A stretch of DNA of 64,000 bases from Obrimoposthia wandeli (lineage: Eukaryota). Shown one piece after another: positions 25,601 through 38,904 of the stretch. Both the position numbers and the translations under genes were made by a program. How positions within the stretch are numbered: position 1 is the stretch's first letter; every line of letters starts with the position of its first letter. The notes beneath the pieces were generated by a model. The model did not search any database. It was given only the letters and a program-made list of their open reading frames with translations, and was not told where the DNA came from. Location: contig CDROCS010002089.1 of NCBI GenBank assembly GCA_977020255.1, positions 434,001 to 498,000 on the forward strand, given 5' to 3'.

Positions 25601-25679
25601 ATTAAGATAGGTGGTAAGAACAAAGTAATTACATTGTGGACCGTGCAAAACGTTCTCAAAATGGGAAAAAAACTGTGCA

Positions 25680-28600
25680 GGTAAATGCGTTATTAGATGA
25701 TGGTAGCACCACCAGCTACGTCACAGTTGGGTGACGAAGGCATTGAAAGCAGAAGGTACAAGGCAGACAGTACCAGTCAGTGTTATCGGAGGTAGAGTAC
25801 ACGAAATACCCACCACCTCGGGACATTAACAGTGAAAGGGGTAGATAGTTGGGAAAAAATGCAACTAGATGTACTCACAGTAAATAACGTGACCGGTGAC
25901 TTGAACGTTTATGAGTGGGGAGATGTGGTACAAACGTGGAAACATCTCAGGAAGATAAAATTTTATCAGGGAGATAGAAGAATGCGGAAGGTGGATGTAC
26001 TTATAGGAGCCGATTGTATGCGGAAAATCGAGTATTGAAAGAGATTGCTGGGCGAGAGGGAGAGCCAGTGACACGATTGACTCCGCTCGGGGGACATGTG
26101 TAGGGTATGTCAATGTAGACCAGCGGCAACAAGTTAATTTCATAAAGACGTATTTTACAGGTAATGAGCAACTAGATCAGACACTTCAACGTTTTTGGAA
26201 GGTATAGGAAAAACTGGAGAAAACTAAGATATCGACTGAAGACAATAAATTATTGCAGATGACAAAAGAAAATTTGAAGTACGATGGCAAGAGGTATCAG
26301 GTAAAATTACCTTGGAAAATAGAAAAATAAAAATTACAGAAGAGTCAGGAAATGGCGAAAAAAATATTGGATAATTTGACACAACGTTTTAAACGGGATA
26401 ATCAGCTAGAAGAAGCATATGCCCGAGCAACAAAGGACCACTTACAGAAGGGGTATATTAGAGTAGTTGAAGAAAAAATTGAAGTGGAAACGAAGTGGTT
26501 GTTACCGCACTTCCCAGTAGTACGTAATGATAAAATTACCTCAAAAGTGAGAATTGTATTTGACGCAGCAGCAAACGTGTACGGAATGAGTTTGATTGAT
26601 GCTTTAGAATGTAGTCCAAAACTCCAGTGTGACTTATTAACAATACTAAAAAGATTCCGACGGCACCCAGTAGCATTGATATGCGACATTCAGGAAATGT
26701 ACCTACATATACAGGTTGCAAAAGAAGATCAACTGTATCTTAGATTTTTATGGTGGATAGATGGTAAGGTGCGGCAACTAGAGTTCAACCGATTGGTATT
26801 TGGTTTAAATACATATCCGTTTCCGGCACAGTTGATCACACAGGAGAATTCTAGAAGCGACCAAGAGAAGTACCCGAGAGCTGTTGAAACAATATTATAG
26901 TTTACCTATATGGATGATAGTATTGATTCAGTCACCACACTCGAACAAGGTTTAAAATTGAAATATGAGTTAAAAGAAGTGCGGGCTGCAGCAGGGATGA
27001 AAGCACGAAAGTGGTTAAGCAACAGCGAAGAATTGATGCAGACTGTACCTGAAGATGAGCGAGTTACCGAATGGAAGATAGAAGAAGAATATGAAGTAAC
27101 AAAGAAGACATTAGGAGTGAAATGGGATGCACGAGAGGATGTGTTTAAATTTAATGTCACCGAGATAAATTTATAGCGAATAACGAAAAGAACAATTCTC
27201 AGTCTCATAGCACGAATATATGACCCGTTAGGAATGGTAAGTGCATTTACTATAAAGGGAAAGATGATTATACAAAATATATGGTTAAGTGCTGCAGATT
27301 GGGACGATGAATTGAATGAAAAATTAACTACTACCATAAGGAAATGGAGCGACGATTGTTTATACTTAGACAGAATACGAATGAATCCATGTTTAAAAAT
27401 ATTCGAGAAATCAGTGATAGATTACCACATTTTTGTAGATGCGTCAATGAAAGCTTATGGAGCAGGGATGTATGCTTGTGAACGGGAAGAGGAAGTGCGC
27501 AGTACATTAGTAATAGCGAAAGCAAAGGTAGTCCCAATATCTACAATATGTATACCAAGGTTAGAGTTAATGGGAGCTTGTGTGAGATTAAACATAGAAA
27601 GAAAAGTGGCAGAAGCGTTAGAAATCGAAATGAAACAAATAACATTCTTGAGTGATAGCATGACCATGTTGAGCTGGATAGAACAGCACAATCGCTTGTT
27701 CAAAACATTTGTAGCAAGTATAGTATCAAATATTCAGAGACAAACAACACCTAATCAATGGCGGTATCTTCCTACCAAAGAAAATCCAGCAGATTTACTA
27801 TCCCGAGGTATAAATGTAGAAGATTTGGTAAAGTCAAGAATGTGGTGGAAAGGTCCAGAAATTTTAAAGCAGGAGCAAAAAGATTGGCCAAATAAGAAAA
27901 TAAATGCGCAAGAATCAAAAACTGGACGAAAGAAGGAGCCTTGTTTTTGTAACAAAAGTCAGAACATATGTGGGACAAACAGACGTATTTAGGACAGAGA
28001 CTTTTTCAGATTTGAGAAGACTGATTAAAGTACGAACTTGGATAAATAGATTCGTATAAAACTGTCGAGTTCCAAAATTAGAACGACAGATGGAAAAATG
28101 ATCGATAGAGGAATTAGAAGATGCAAGATGTGCTTTAATAAGAGAAGATCAGAAATTAAATTATCCAGATGAATTAAAAGCATTGAATGAAGGAAAATCG
28201 ATTCCACGGAAGAGTATAATTGCCAGCCTAAATCCAATATTAGATGAAGAAGGAGTGATAAGAAGTAATAGCCGAATTATAAATGCCGAGTCATTACCAT
28301 CAAGCACAAGATTTCCTATCCTTTTAGCACAACATAGTTGGGTCACATGGCTGATAATAAGAGATTATCATAAGAAACGAAAACATATAGATAGTGTAAA
28401 TCATTTATTTAGTGATCTAAGCAGACAATTTTGGTTAGAAAAAGCAAGAGTGGTCATACAAGAGTATCAAAGAAAATGTTTAGTGTAAATGTCGTGCGGG
28501 AAAAGGACTTATAGTGAAAATGGCTCCCTTACCATGAATGAAATTTCTAAGTCCAATACGAGCTTTTGATAAAGTGGGGGTTGACTTCGCAGGGCCGTAT

Positions 28601-29450
28601 CTAACAATGCAAGGCCGTGGCAAAATCCGACAGAAACGGTACCTTTGTTTGTTCACGTGCCTACAAACTCGAGCAGGGCATCTTGAATTAGTATTGGGTT
28701 TGGATACAGATGCGTTTCTACGAGCATTCAAAAGATTTATGGGAAGGTGGGGAAAACCACAACACGTGTTGTCAGATAATGGGACAAATTTTCAAGGAGC
28801 AGTCGGGATGGTGAATGAGATAAAATCGGATAATTATTTGCTGTGAAAAATAGCATATTCATTGGATATTTAATCGACCAGCGGCACCTCGTTTTGGAGG
28901 AGTATTCGAGAGTTTAATCAAGAGCGCTAAGAAAGCGATAGGTATTATACTGTTTAATGCAGATTTGAGTGATGAAGAATTTATGACAGTATTCGTAGAA
29001 GTAGAACATCTGCTAAATTCACAACCAATAACATTCCAATCAGTAGACAGTAAAGAAGAATTACCGTTAAGGCCAAAAGATTTTATGATGAGTGGACGAG
29101 AAGAACAGTTGGGAAATGAAACTATGTTGATAGTAGGAAGGCTTCGACATCGATGGTGTAGGATTAAGGAAATTGTAAGACATATGTGGAAGAGATGGAT
29201 GATCGAGATGGTACCTACTTGGATTAGAAGATCTAAATGGAGGAGTACGGAAAAACACTATACAGAAAGAACAGTTGGTGTGGGTATTAGATGGAAAGAA
29301 CGAGCAAGGAGTATGGCCGCTTGGACGAATAAAGAGTTTAAGACGAAACAAAGCAGGAGAGACACGAAGCTGTATAGGAGTGTTAGGTGGAAAGGAATTT
29401 GTACGACCGGTAGCGAGGTTGTGTCTGCTAGAGGTAGAAGGTAGAGAAGA
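25680..29450 (+). pseudogene. BEL/Pao pol (aspartic protease, RT, RNase H, integrase), multiple stops and frameshifts
   Basis: VNALLDDGSTTSYV; LPHFPVVRNDKITSKVRIVFDAAA; YMDDS at 26907; FVDASMKAYGA; IPRLELMGA; GVDFAGP; SDNGTNFQGA; EVEHLLNSQP. Confidence 0.92.
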
Positions 29451-29789
29451 ATGAAGATGCAGGAAACAAAGGGTTTAAAATGGCAGTTGTTAGGTCATCC
29501 TTTGTAGGGTTGACAAACCAGGAGATCGGGTTTGGTCAAGGAGAGGGGTGTGTTCTGACGTAGTAAAAATAATTTTGTAAATTTGTAGTTAAAATAAAAT
29601 AATTAAAATAATGAAGTTAGATAATCTGTTGTCAACATAGTTCATGCGTTTTGCAAATTGACAAAGTAAAAAAGTTGTGATTGTTTGAATATTGTCACGT
29701 AGGCAGCGGTGATTTTGAAGATAGGAAAGTTTGAATGTATTTGAATAAAATAGTTGGATTATGTTGAATATGACTTTTGAATTGCGAAA

Positions 29790-29980
29790 NNNNNNNNNNN
29801 NNNNNNNNNNNNNNNNNNNNNNNNNNNNNNNNNNNNNNNNNNNNNNNNNNNNNNNNNNNNNNNNNNNNNNNNNNNNNNNNNNNNNNNNNNNNNNNNNNNN
29901 NNNNNNNNNNNNNNNNNNNNNNNNNNNNNNNNNNNNNNNNNNNNNNNNNNNNNNNNNNNNNNNNNNNNNNNNNNNNNNNN
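29790..29980. other. Assembly gap (N run)
   Basis: 191 N bases. Confidence 1.
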
Positions 29981-30015
29981 ACTCTTGATTTATGTCTGCA
30001 ATAGAACACATAACT

Positions 30016-30400
30016 ACTCATTTCATTTATTCGGCTATTCTCATGGCAAGATGGACATTGATTCTAACAGCAACTGAGACAAACCAACAATGATTATAGA
30101 TTACAACTGTAGAAAAGGTGGTGTCCATCAAATAGACTAAAATGACGCAAAATTTTGACAATATAAAATATTGTTCATTGACCATTTCTCCCTTTTGGTA
30201 ACATTACTGACATCTGTATAAATAATTAATTTGTACACATAAAGTTCAACGGAAATATGAGCTCTGTACATGTTTTATCATATAGAATCAAGAAGGTAAA
30301 TATCAGAAAATATCACACCAACATCATGAGAACAATCCCCGTTTCTGCAAATCAATCAAGCTTGTGGAAAAAATAATGAGCAGCTACAATAATACCTCTA
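30016..30400 (+). mobile_element. piggyBac-like transposase remnant, 3' part
   Basis: DKPTMIIDYNCRKGGVHQID resembles piggyBac KP.II.DYN..KGGVD..DQ. Confidence 0.65.
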
Positions 30401-30693
30401 GGCATTGTTGAAAATTAATATAAAGAAGTTTAATCGTATTTAATGAAAATTTTAAATTATTGCTTAAAATGTTAAACCCTAAAAACAATTTAAAATAGTA
30501 ATGTCTTAAAAGACACATTAAAATGGTATTTAAAGTAAAAGTCAGTTACATATCTATATTTTAATCTAAGTGTGAAATAACTCATTTACACTTTAATAGT
30601 TTAAAAACTGAGTGTAAATAACACTGATTTATTTCGCTAAAAGAGATTTCTTCATATAGAAAATGGGAAATTGTATGTAGTCCAGTGCTTCCA

Positions 30694-30754
30694 TCAGAAT
30701 AAACTCGATATCCGAATAAACAGGTGCACTAAATCCATTAATATCCGGGATGAA
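30694..30754 (-). CDS. GHITM: GHITM/TMBIM5 terminal exon
   Basis: Acceptor tttcccattaag|T is phase 2; (S)SSGILMDLVHLFIRISSLF* matches GHITM DPINSMLSIYMDTLNIFMRV. AATAAA follows at 30628-30633 on the minus strand. Confidence 0.8.
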
Positions 30755-32910
30755 CTTAATGGGAAATAATAGAGCTTAAGACTTTGTAAGAAAATAAAAA
30801 TCATATTACTTGAATAAATACTTGAAATTTTCCATACAGACATTACTATATATACTCAGTTAAGACAATACTGTAATGCATTTTTTCAAGTTAAAAGTAG
30901 GACAGACGTCTTATCTATAGTTTTGTTTTTATACCTCAGTAAATCCATATTATAATACTAGTTTTTTAGAATAATAATTAAACTATTTAACTAGTAAAAA
31001 TCCATAATGGCATTGTTTAATCAATGTGTTCATACAGTATGTACACCTACCAATTACATGTATCGACCAGACCGTTTGCCCAAGGTGTACAATGGACTGG
31101 ATTGAGTTTTTGAATATTATTCACAAAAATCAAAAGGACAAATTTACTCCATAAGGATCTATTTCCTGAGTTATTTTACAAATATGTTTTATCACACATA
31201 TGTATCAATTGTCAATCATATATTAATATTTATATGATTTCTTAACATAAATAAAATTCACTTTAAAAATAGTTCATTTGACCAAATATAGACTTTAATG
31301 TGCACCAAATAAATGCGTGCAACCATTATTATAATCTAATTACTATACAATGATATTTACTGAACTGTATCTATGGGTTGGATGATTTATATACAGTATA
31401 CTGTTTTAGCTATTTCTCTACATGAATGTTTTTTTTTATTGTATTGCATTTAGTTACATTTAGTTTTTTCACCTTTGAGAGATATTTTTATAATGTAAAG
31501 AATCTAAATTTTGCATCTAAATTTACCTCTGATCGCCCCCGAACCATTAGTAAAGGCTTTATGCAAATCGTTATTTTCTCTTATTTTTACAAATATTCTG
31601 ATGGTATTTTATTTACTAAAGGTTAATCTAATGTAATTGCGCACAAATCCTTTAACGAAATGGAAGGTGCACAAACTGGGTATAACATATATATTTACAT
31701 AAAAATATACTTATCAAATATATCAAGCTAACCGAGTCTAACAAAGATAGTTAAAATGGTATATTTTTAAATTATGTAGAAAGACAAAAACGTTTCTGAA
31801 CCCGTTTTAAAATACTTGAATAAGTTTGAATATTTAGCTTGTTATTTGTAGAGTAAATTCAAGGGCAGTATTTACTTGAAGAAAAATTCAGAAAAACTGT
31901 TTGGAAACTATAATCAAACACTGTGTATGATTATTTTCGAATCAAAAACAAAGAGAATTGACGAACAAAATCAGGGCAGTAATTGTGAAATTGAATTAAG
32001 ATTGATGAAGAATTATTTTTTACGCTTGATCTTGAAACTATAAAATTAAAGTATAAAGTTATCTAAATGTACTTGTTAAGAGAAAGAACAGATTATAAAA
32101 TAATGACAATTGTAAAGAAGCTATTTTTAAAGAAACAGTAAGAAACGTGCTTATAACATAATTTAATATTAAGATTGCAAGAAATCTCAAAATGACCTAA
32201 TAAATTGTAAATTGAAAAAAAAGAAGATTTTAACATTTTCTCGAAAGTTGTAAAACGTTGAAAATAAGAAATTTGGAAAAATATTTTATATTCAAATTCT
32301 AGAGATACGTTAAATCATACTTATTGAACATGAAAAACTAGCGATTGGAGAATAAAAGATACAAAAATAAAGAATTAGGGTATCGAGATAGCGTGTTTGA
32401 ATAACAATTGTACGCAGCTGTTATACTTATGCACTTAAAATAAATGTTTAATTATCTATCTATATATTTATCTACACAATTACAAGTCTCATTAATAAAT
32501 TATTTCTTAGTATATACAGTAGTGTTCGGATTTAGTAAACCATGATAGCTATTTTCAAATTCACTAAATATGACCATAATTTAAAAAAATACTTTAAAAA
32601 ACTCAATAAATTCACTAACCGTTAGAGAAAGTAATAAAACCTAAAAAATGTAAATTTTGAGGAAAAGTAAAGATTTTGAAAGAAAATTATAGAAAACCTT
32701 AAACATTATGAAGTTCATTTACTATACACTAGGAATAAAAAGATTTGTATGCTAAATTTTGAGATTAAGTAAACTTTTACTCAATTTTGAGTTACAGAAT
32801 ATGTTCCTTTTATTCGAATGTTTACTAAAATCGAACGCGGTACACGGTTTTTGTCACATAGGAATGCCACGACATGACAGCCAAAAGTCGACCACAGCTC
32901 TAGTGCGTAC

Positions 32911-33082
32911 CTGTTGATGGGGTCAAAGCAGTCGTGGTCCTCAAAATTGCACATAGCCGCTCGAGAAACAGCTAGCTGGACGTCGAATAGAAAACTGACA
33001 CTGAAGCATATGATACCGCCGTAAGAGCTGATGATCCATAGATTGCGACCGAGGATCGAACCGTCATAAATGAACTTTCCCA
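32911..33082 (-). CDS. GHITM: GHITM/TMBIM5 internal exon
   Basis: Acceptor gcatgcag|TG, donor AG|gtacgc, phase 1 to 2. SSYGGIICFSVSFLFDVQ...FDPIN matches GHITM YGGLVLFSMFLLYDTQ...YDPIN. Confidence 0.88.
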
Positions 33083-33129
33083 CTGCATGCATCAAGCGAG
33101 AATGTGAGATTTCTTCGTCGTAAATTAAG

Positions 33130-34510
33130 AGTGAAATAGTGATAAATGAAAATTTTAAGGATCAACGTTGTCAAAATGGTTACATTGTTTTGGATCCTTA
33201 TAAAACCTACACAGATGATCCTGAAATGTATAATCTATTTAAAGAAGGTATCAGAGAAGGTATGAATTTTGTAAATAGACATTATTGTAATTCCGATGAT
33301 AGTACATCACTTCTCTATATAGATGTGAATAACTTATACGGATAGGATTTAAGTCAACATTTACCACATATGGAATTTAAATGGGTGCATGATAATTTTG
33401 ATTATATTTTGAATTTAGTTGGAAGTGAAAAGGATTTAAGTAAAACCGTATGGGGTTTTCTTGTTGAAGTAGATTTACATATTCCGGGTCGTATACATGA
33501 TAAAGTTTATGACTTACCTATTGGACCACATAAGATGTGTCCATCAAACTCAAAAACTCCTAAATTACTTTTAACACATAATGATAAAGAACATTATGTA
33601 ATACATTTCCGTTTAATACAATTATATGTTATTCTTGGTGCGGAAATATTAAAAATTCATAGGGCTATTCAGTTTAGACAAGTACCCGTTTTAAAATAAT
33701 TTATAGATTTTAATTCAAACAAGCGGGTAACTAGTATCAATAAGTTTGAATATGAATTTTATAATTTGAAAAATAATTCCGTTTACGGTAAAACGGTTGA
33801 GAATCTTAAGAGGCAGCTTAATATTAGATTATGTAATAACGATAAACGGTTTGAAAAATTAGTTTCGAGTCCTTGGTATAGACGTTATACTCAAATAAAT
33901 GATGATTTTAATTTAATTTTTATGCAGAAACAGGAAATATGTTTAGATCAGCCTTCTTATATCGGTAAAGCTGTATTTGATATATCTAAATTACATGTGT
34001 ATCAATTACAATACATTGAGCTTGAACGGTATAGGCAAACTTTTAATTGTAGTATTTGAATTGTAGCCATTGACACAGATTCTTTTTTCCTTGAGTGTGT
34101 GAATATTATAAAGGATAAAATACTCAAAGAAATAATTAAGGGTGGGTATTTTGATACGAATAATTATCCTAAAATACATAAGTTGTATTCAGAAAACTTT
34201 AAAGCCGTAATTGGAAAATTTAAAGATAAAAATTAGGGTACTGATTATAATGAGTGGGTTTTTTTAAAACCAAAATGTTATTCACTTCAAAATGAATTAA
34301 AGGCTAACAAACTAATTTAAAACATCAAGACTACCTCAATTGTTATGAAAATGAAGAAATTATTTGTGTTAACCAGGCACATATAGCATCGGTTAACCAT
34401 CAGCTTCATATAACATTTACCTCTAAAGTTACTTTAAAATGTTTTAATGATAAAAGGAGATGAGTTGGTTAGAATAAAAGCCTAGCTTATGGTCATTTCA
34501 GTTTAACTTA
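33130..34510 (+). pseudogene. Polinton/adintovirus-type family B DNA polymerase remnant
   Basis: YIDVNNLYG, KNNSVYGKTVENLK, YIGKAVFDISK, AIDTDSFF, EWVFLKPKCYS. Stops and frameshifts. Confidence 0.85.
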
Positions 34511-35035
34511 GCAATTTGTAAATAAGATATATATATTTTGTTATTGTCTGATTTATATTTATTGTTGTTGTATATTATTATTATCATTTGTGTACATACA
34601 CACACCTTCATTTATATATATATTACAATTTCTTTCTTATATCGACTTATTTATTATATAGGATTAATTTCATTTGAAGTGAGGTTTTTATATAATCTAA
34701 ACAATTTAGTTTTAAATCATTTTCATCATCATGATTTCTCATTTAAGCACTTTGAATATGTTATGTGCTCTTCGAATTAACATCAAAGAAGATTTCTTCA
34801 AGTTATATACTAATAAATATTTTTCAATATATTGTGCTCCGAAACTTTTTGAAGCTAGGATTTGGGAACTATTTCACTACCATCACATTAAGGTTTTATT
34901 TTTTAAATAGTTTTAGAACATTTTATAGTTATGATAGATTTTCAATATTATTATCACCCTGAAACACCATACTGTAATCATGTGAATACATACTTTTTAT
35001 TGGTTATTTATTTATTCTATTACATTTTCAAATGA

Positions 35036-35160
35036 TAAAGGTGCTGCCAAGTCTTGCAGGGCTCCCCCTTAGAAGGCACTGTAAGGGAGACTTTGGTAAT
35101 TTAAAATCATCTGCGAATTTGATTACACCACGGAAATGACGCAATATTTGAAAATGTCTC
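35036..35160 (+). repeat. Conserved Polinton subterminal motif, copy 1
   Basis: aaaggtgctgccaagtcttgcagggctcccccttagaaggcactgtaagggagactttggt is homologous to 59012-59140. Confidence 0.7.
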
Positions 35161-35169
35161 TTTAAAAAA

Positions 35170-35600
35170 AATTGTTAAATGATTTTACTTCATCACAATA
35201 GCGCCACCATGAATGTAGACATTGTCATGTATCAGATATCGCTTCTACTCGGAGTCCAGTTTAGCTCCTAACTCAGAGACAAATTCCTAGTATGTTTCTT
35301 TTTTAAAAACCTTTTATCATTTTGAAGTTAATTAGTCCGGATTGACGAATAGCAGGCACGAAGCTGATATTAGGGCCTCTAAAATTCGGCCAGATATTGT
35401 AGAGCCGTTCTCCTAATGCGACCAATCTCTTCTGCTCTACATTCAAATATTGAATGCACACTCATCAATGTACACACATTCCTTCATCCTCCAGTCATCC
35501 TTCATGAATTGCTTCTCGTAAACTACTTGTTTTCCTTTGATGACATGAGTCTTTTTCTGTACAACGGTTGTTCGGTATATTTAAAATTGATAAATTTCTA
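35170..35600 (-). mobile_element. IS630/Tc1-like transposase fragment
   Basis: ECVYIDECAFNI, RGPNISFVPAIRQSGLI and LIHDNVYIH (first two catalytic Asp motifs). Confidence 0.65.
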
Positions 35601-35789
35601 ATTCAGGAAATTGGAAACTGTCATTGGCGTGCAAATAGCATTGTCAAAGCTCGTATATGGATTATAGTATATGTAGTACTTGCCTGCCTATCGAATATTT
35701 ATGTTTTTACATAGCTGTTTAATGTGAATTATTTTGTCAATACTTATAAACACTGTATTTATTGAATCATATTAATTTATTTTTCAGGC

Positions 35790-37150
35790 CTAATAAGGAA
35801 TCTGGCAATGAAGCTAATGGTTTATTGCAGAATGAAGATAGAGAAAACGACGAACAGATTGATAGCGTTTATTAGCCAGAATCGAAAACAGAACAAAGTA
35901 TGAGATAAGAGTATAATTCAAGTGAAGATTTGCGAAGAACTGCTTTAACAAAGGAATGTTTACAGATAAATGCTGATGATGATATTAGAGTTACTGATAG
36001 ACCAAACTGGGGCGGTAAAAAGAAAGAAGGGGATGATAGCGCCTGAAAACAAAAAAAAGTTCAACACCGATAAAGCTTATCGATCACATCGAAGACATTT
36101 TCTAATGAATCCATGTAGTGTAAAGAAAGAGGAGCGTAACTGCAAAAGACTTAAATATGGTGACAATGTATGGAAGAATAAAGAAAACCAATTTTTTAGG
36201 CATTCTGGAAATTAGAAAATATTATTAAAGTAAGAAAATGTATTGTCAATTCAGAAATATTTATCACCAAACAATGTTCCCAAACAGACAATAATAATTC
36301 TAGGCAAAATAAACCGTTTAGAATATTATTTACAAAGTGCTGCAGAAGAATTCAACAAATTTGAAGTTGGCAAATTATTTTACCTCAACACTCTTGGGAT
36401 TTCCGAAAGAATGGTATCAACACCATTTTTAAAATAGATAACTGGGTTTGTATGGAAGACAAAAAAGGTAAATAAAATGATATAAAAAAGATCATATAAC
36501 TGAGAATAACAAAACACATTTGTTGTCATTTCCCAGAAGACCAAGCCATTATTACAGTGCGGAAACCAATATTTTATATTTAGCTGGTGATTTAAATATC
36601 AATATATCATTAAATTTGTTTAAAGAAGATTGTCATGTAAACAAGGTATTCGAAGTGTTATGATGTATTTCGTTTTTAAATGTGTCTTTCCTTATTCTGA
36701 AAAAAGACAACTATAAATTTCGTGAAAGATATAGAAACTTACAAATGGAAGAAACAAATTAATGAAACTGACAGTAGAAAGGCTTATAGAGTTAAAAAAA
36801 TGCTTAAAATGAGAAAAAAAGTAAGATCCATCGTAGCTCTTTTGATCTCCAGAAAATCTTATTAACACTCAAGTCAGAAGTTTGAATTTTTTTATTATTT
36901 CCCAAATCTTACAACCCATAATTTTACTGTCAAAATGTCACGAACGATGAAGTATATTGCTTTATGTGGAGCAAAGATATTGCAAGTGGGGGCACAGCAG
37001 AATTTGGAAGCTGTTTGTTGACTATTTTAAAAATGTGAGATTTGGAAGGGTTTCTGGTTAAATATATTTTTAACGATGCAAGTGGTGGTCCAAATCGTAA
37101 AACATCAATGATATAAAAATGTAATTGTTTTCTTATGAAAAGGAAAACCC
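35790..37150 (+). mobile_element. Sola-like DDE transposase remnant
   Basis: FYLNTLGISERMV, SHYYSAETNILYLAGDLNI and DASGGPNRK (like DNCGGQNRN). Heavily decayed. Confidence 0.5.
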
Positions 37151-38259
37151 TTTTGTTCGTCAGAATATATTAAGTCTGAAATGAAAGAATGCACCTTCAA
37201 AAGGAATAGAAACATACAATCAATTTAAAAGGCAAAAACGTCATCCACTAAAGCTATGCTCCAAATTAGCCACCCCTCAAATATATAATCAATTTTATCA
37301 TGCTTTATTTGTTGGTGATGTAATGGACTTTGTAGATTAATTTGCTATTTTAATTTATGTATAAAAATGTTCTAAATAAACTTATATTTGTTAAAATCAA
37401 GTGTTTGTACTATTGTAATTATTTTGAATAAAGCGTCGTAAGTAACAGAAAATAAAATAAAAATCGTAAACAGTTGTAAATAAATGTTTATTCATATTTG
37501 ATAAATAAATTACAGAATTTGTATATGCATATGGTTGAAAAACGTTCAAAAATATTTGATAATATATTTTAGATTTAAATTAGACATTTTAAAACATTTT
37601 GTAATAGCAACAACCAGATGAATGAAAATAAAGGTATGTACATTCATATAATTCCCTCTACTGTAAAATATCAGTTTTAGACATATCAACTTTTTGAAAT
37701 TAGCGTCGATATGTAACAACTATAAATAAAAGAAGCCAAAAAGGGGTTTCTCGTCATTTATGTCCGATTCAATTTCGTTTTGTTTTATTTGATGATTTAT
37801 ATATTTTTGCTATTAATAAGCACGTCGTTTCTTATACATTGATTAGAGCTGATAGATGAAAAAACATTGTGTCAAAGAAATGTTTTATAAAAAATTGGCC
37901 ATTTTCAGATTTGAAATCTATCTATTTTCATAAATTTCTGTACTAATTTTTGTTGTTGTATTGACAATGAAAATGTTATTAACGACTTCAGATTTTAAGA
38001 AACTTATAATTACAAACAAAATATAGATACTTTTTGAATTTTTGAATTTTTTAAAAAAACTAGTCATATTCTGGAATTTGTGAAGGGTCCATGAGGTCTA
38101 ATAAAAATTTCATCGAAATTGGCTATGCGCTTCAGATTAAATTGGACATTTTATGAATTAGATTGGCATCAATTTGAAATATATATTTGATAATTTCATA
38201 TTAAAATATTTAGCAGTGAATTCAAATATCTGGGGTTGGAATGTCATAATAGAACGTAC

Positions 38260-38524
38260 CGAGCGAAGAGGTGACAATGACGGAAAGCGCTCCGATGGTG
38301 AGACAGCCAACTTGTCGGTAGCGGTCATTTGGGATGGTAATGGAAAGCAACGATACGAACGCGAGCAGCACCGATTGACTGACTAGAATCAAAGGCAGAT
38401 CGCTGGGACTCTGTATGTAGTGCTGCAGCAGACTTGGAGCCACCAGCAGTCCCATACAACTGCTGTGTAGCAACCACACCGCGTGTTTTACTCCCACACT
38501 CCGCGTTCTCGGGTACGGAATCAC
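38260..38524 (-). CDS. GHITM: GHITM/TMBIM5 internal exon
   Basis: Acceptor ttcattag|GTG, donor G|gtacgt. IPYPRTRSVGVKHAVWLLHSSCMGLLVAP matches GHITM IPYDQSPGPKHLAWLLHSGVMGAVVAP. Confidence 0.92.
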
Positions 38525-38608
38525 CTAATGAACCCGAGATTTTGGGATTTTTAAAATGCTACTGTAAACTGATTTGTGCGGTTAATTGAGTGTTAGACAT
38601 AATCCCAC

Positions 38609-38904
38609 CTCTGACATAATGCCTGTGGCCATGACAATAACGAGGGGCAGGAGAGAAGAGTTGAGCTGCTTCCAGTCAAGGGAGTCACGGAATAAAACTG
38701 TGACAGCGCCGGTAGTAGCAGCAGATGATACACAGATGATCTGGTAGAGTAATATGCGCCTCAGGCGCTTCTGTATACCGCTGGGGAGGTCAGGTATTAC
38801 CTCAATAAGATTTGGTGAGTCATTGGGATTTTGTACGAGCTTGAGACCGAGATATACTGCTCCAGCCGAGACTAGACCATAAGCGATATGGGGTGCTATG
38901 AGAT
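38609..38904 (-). CDS. GHITM: GHITM/TMBIM5 exon (first clearly supported)
   Basis: Acceptor cttcacacag|AT is phase 1, donor GAG|gtggga, followed by an 84-bp intron. GAVYLGL...LPSGIQKRLRRILLY matches GHITM GALCYYGL...WPQYVKDRIHSTYMY. Confidence 0.85.

Larger units (their letters stand above)
23561..29789 (+). mobile_element. BEL/Pao LTR retrotransposon with ubiquitin-Gag fusion, decayed; 3' LTR runs into the assembly gap
   Basis: Direct LTRs (about 23561-23863, and 29551-29789 starting TGTT after PPT aaggagagggg). Domain order Gag, protease, RT, RNase H, integrase. Confidence 0.92.
21107..30015 (+). mobile_element. Internally deleted Ty3/Gypsy LTR retrotransposon (5' LTR 21107-21241; 3' LTR 23479-about 23560 plus 29981-30015, split by the BEL element)
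   Basis: LTRs bounded by AGTTA...TAACT, PBS-like TGGTG, PPT gtgaaggggag, flanks AATCA/ACTCA (5-bp TSD with one mismatch). RT remnant IIRSCESP*NLSLVIVKKPDNKIQMCVDCRQLN; integrase remnant DRFSK...ILTDIGR. Confidence 0.8.

Noticed and set aside
29589-30021. Four ORFs in the track spanning the N run
   Set aside because: Artefacts of translating Ns as X.
31020-31110. Small GC-rich patch as the GHITM last exon
   Set aside because: No frame matches the GHITM C-terminus, whereas 30694-30754 does.
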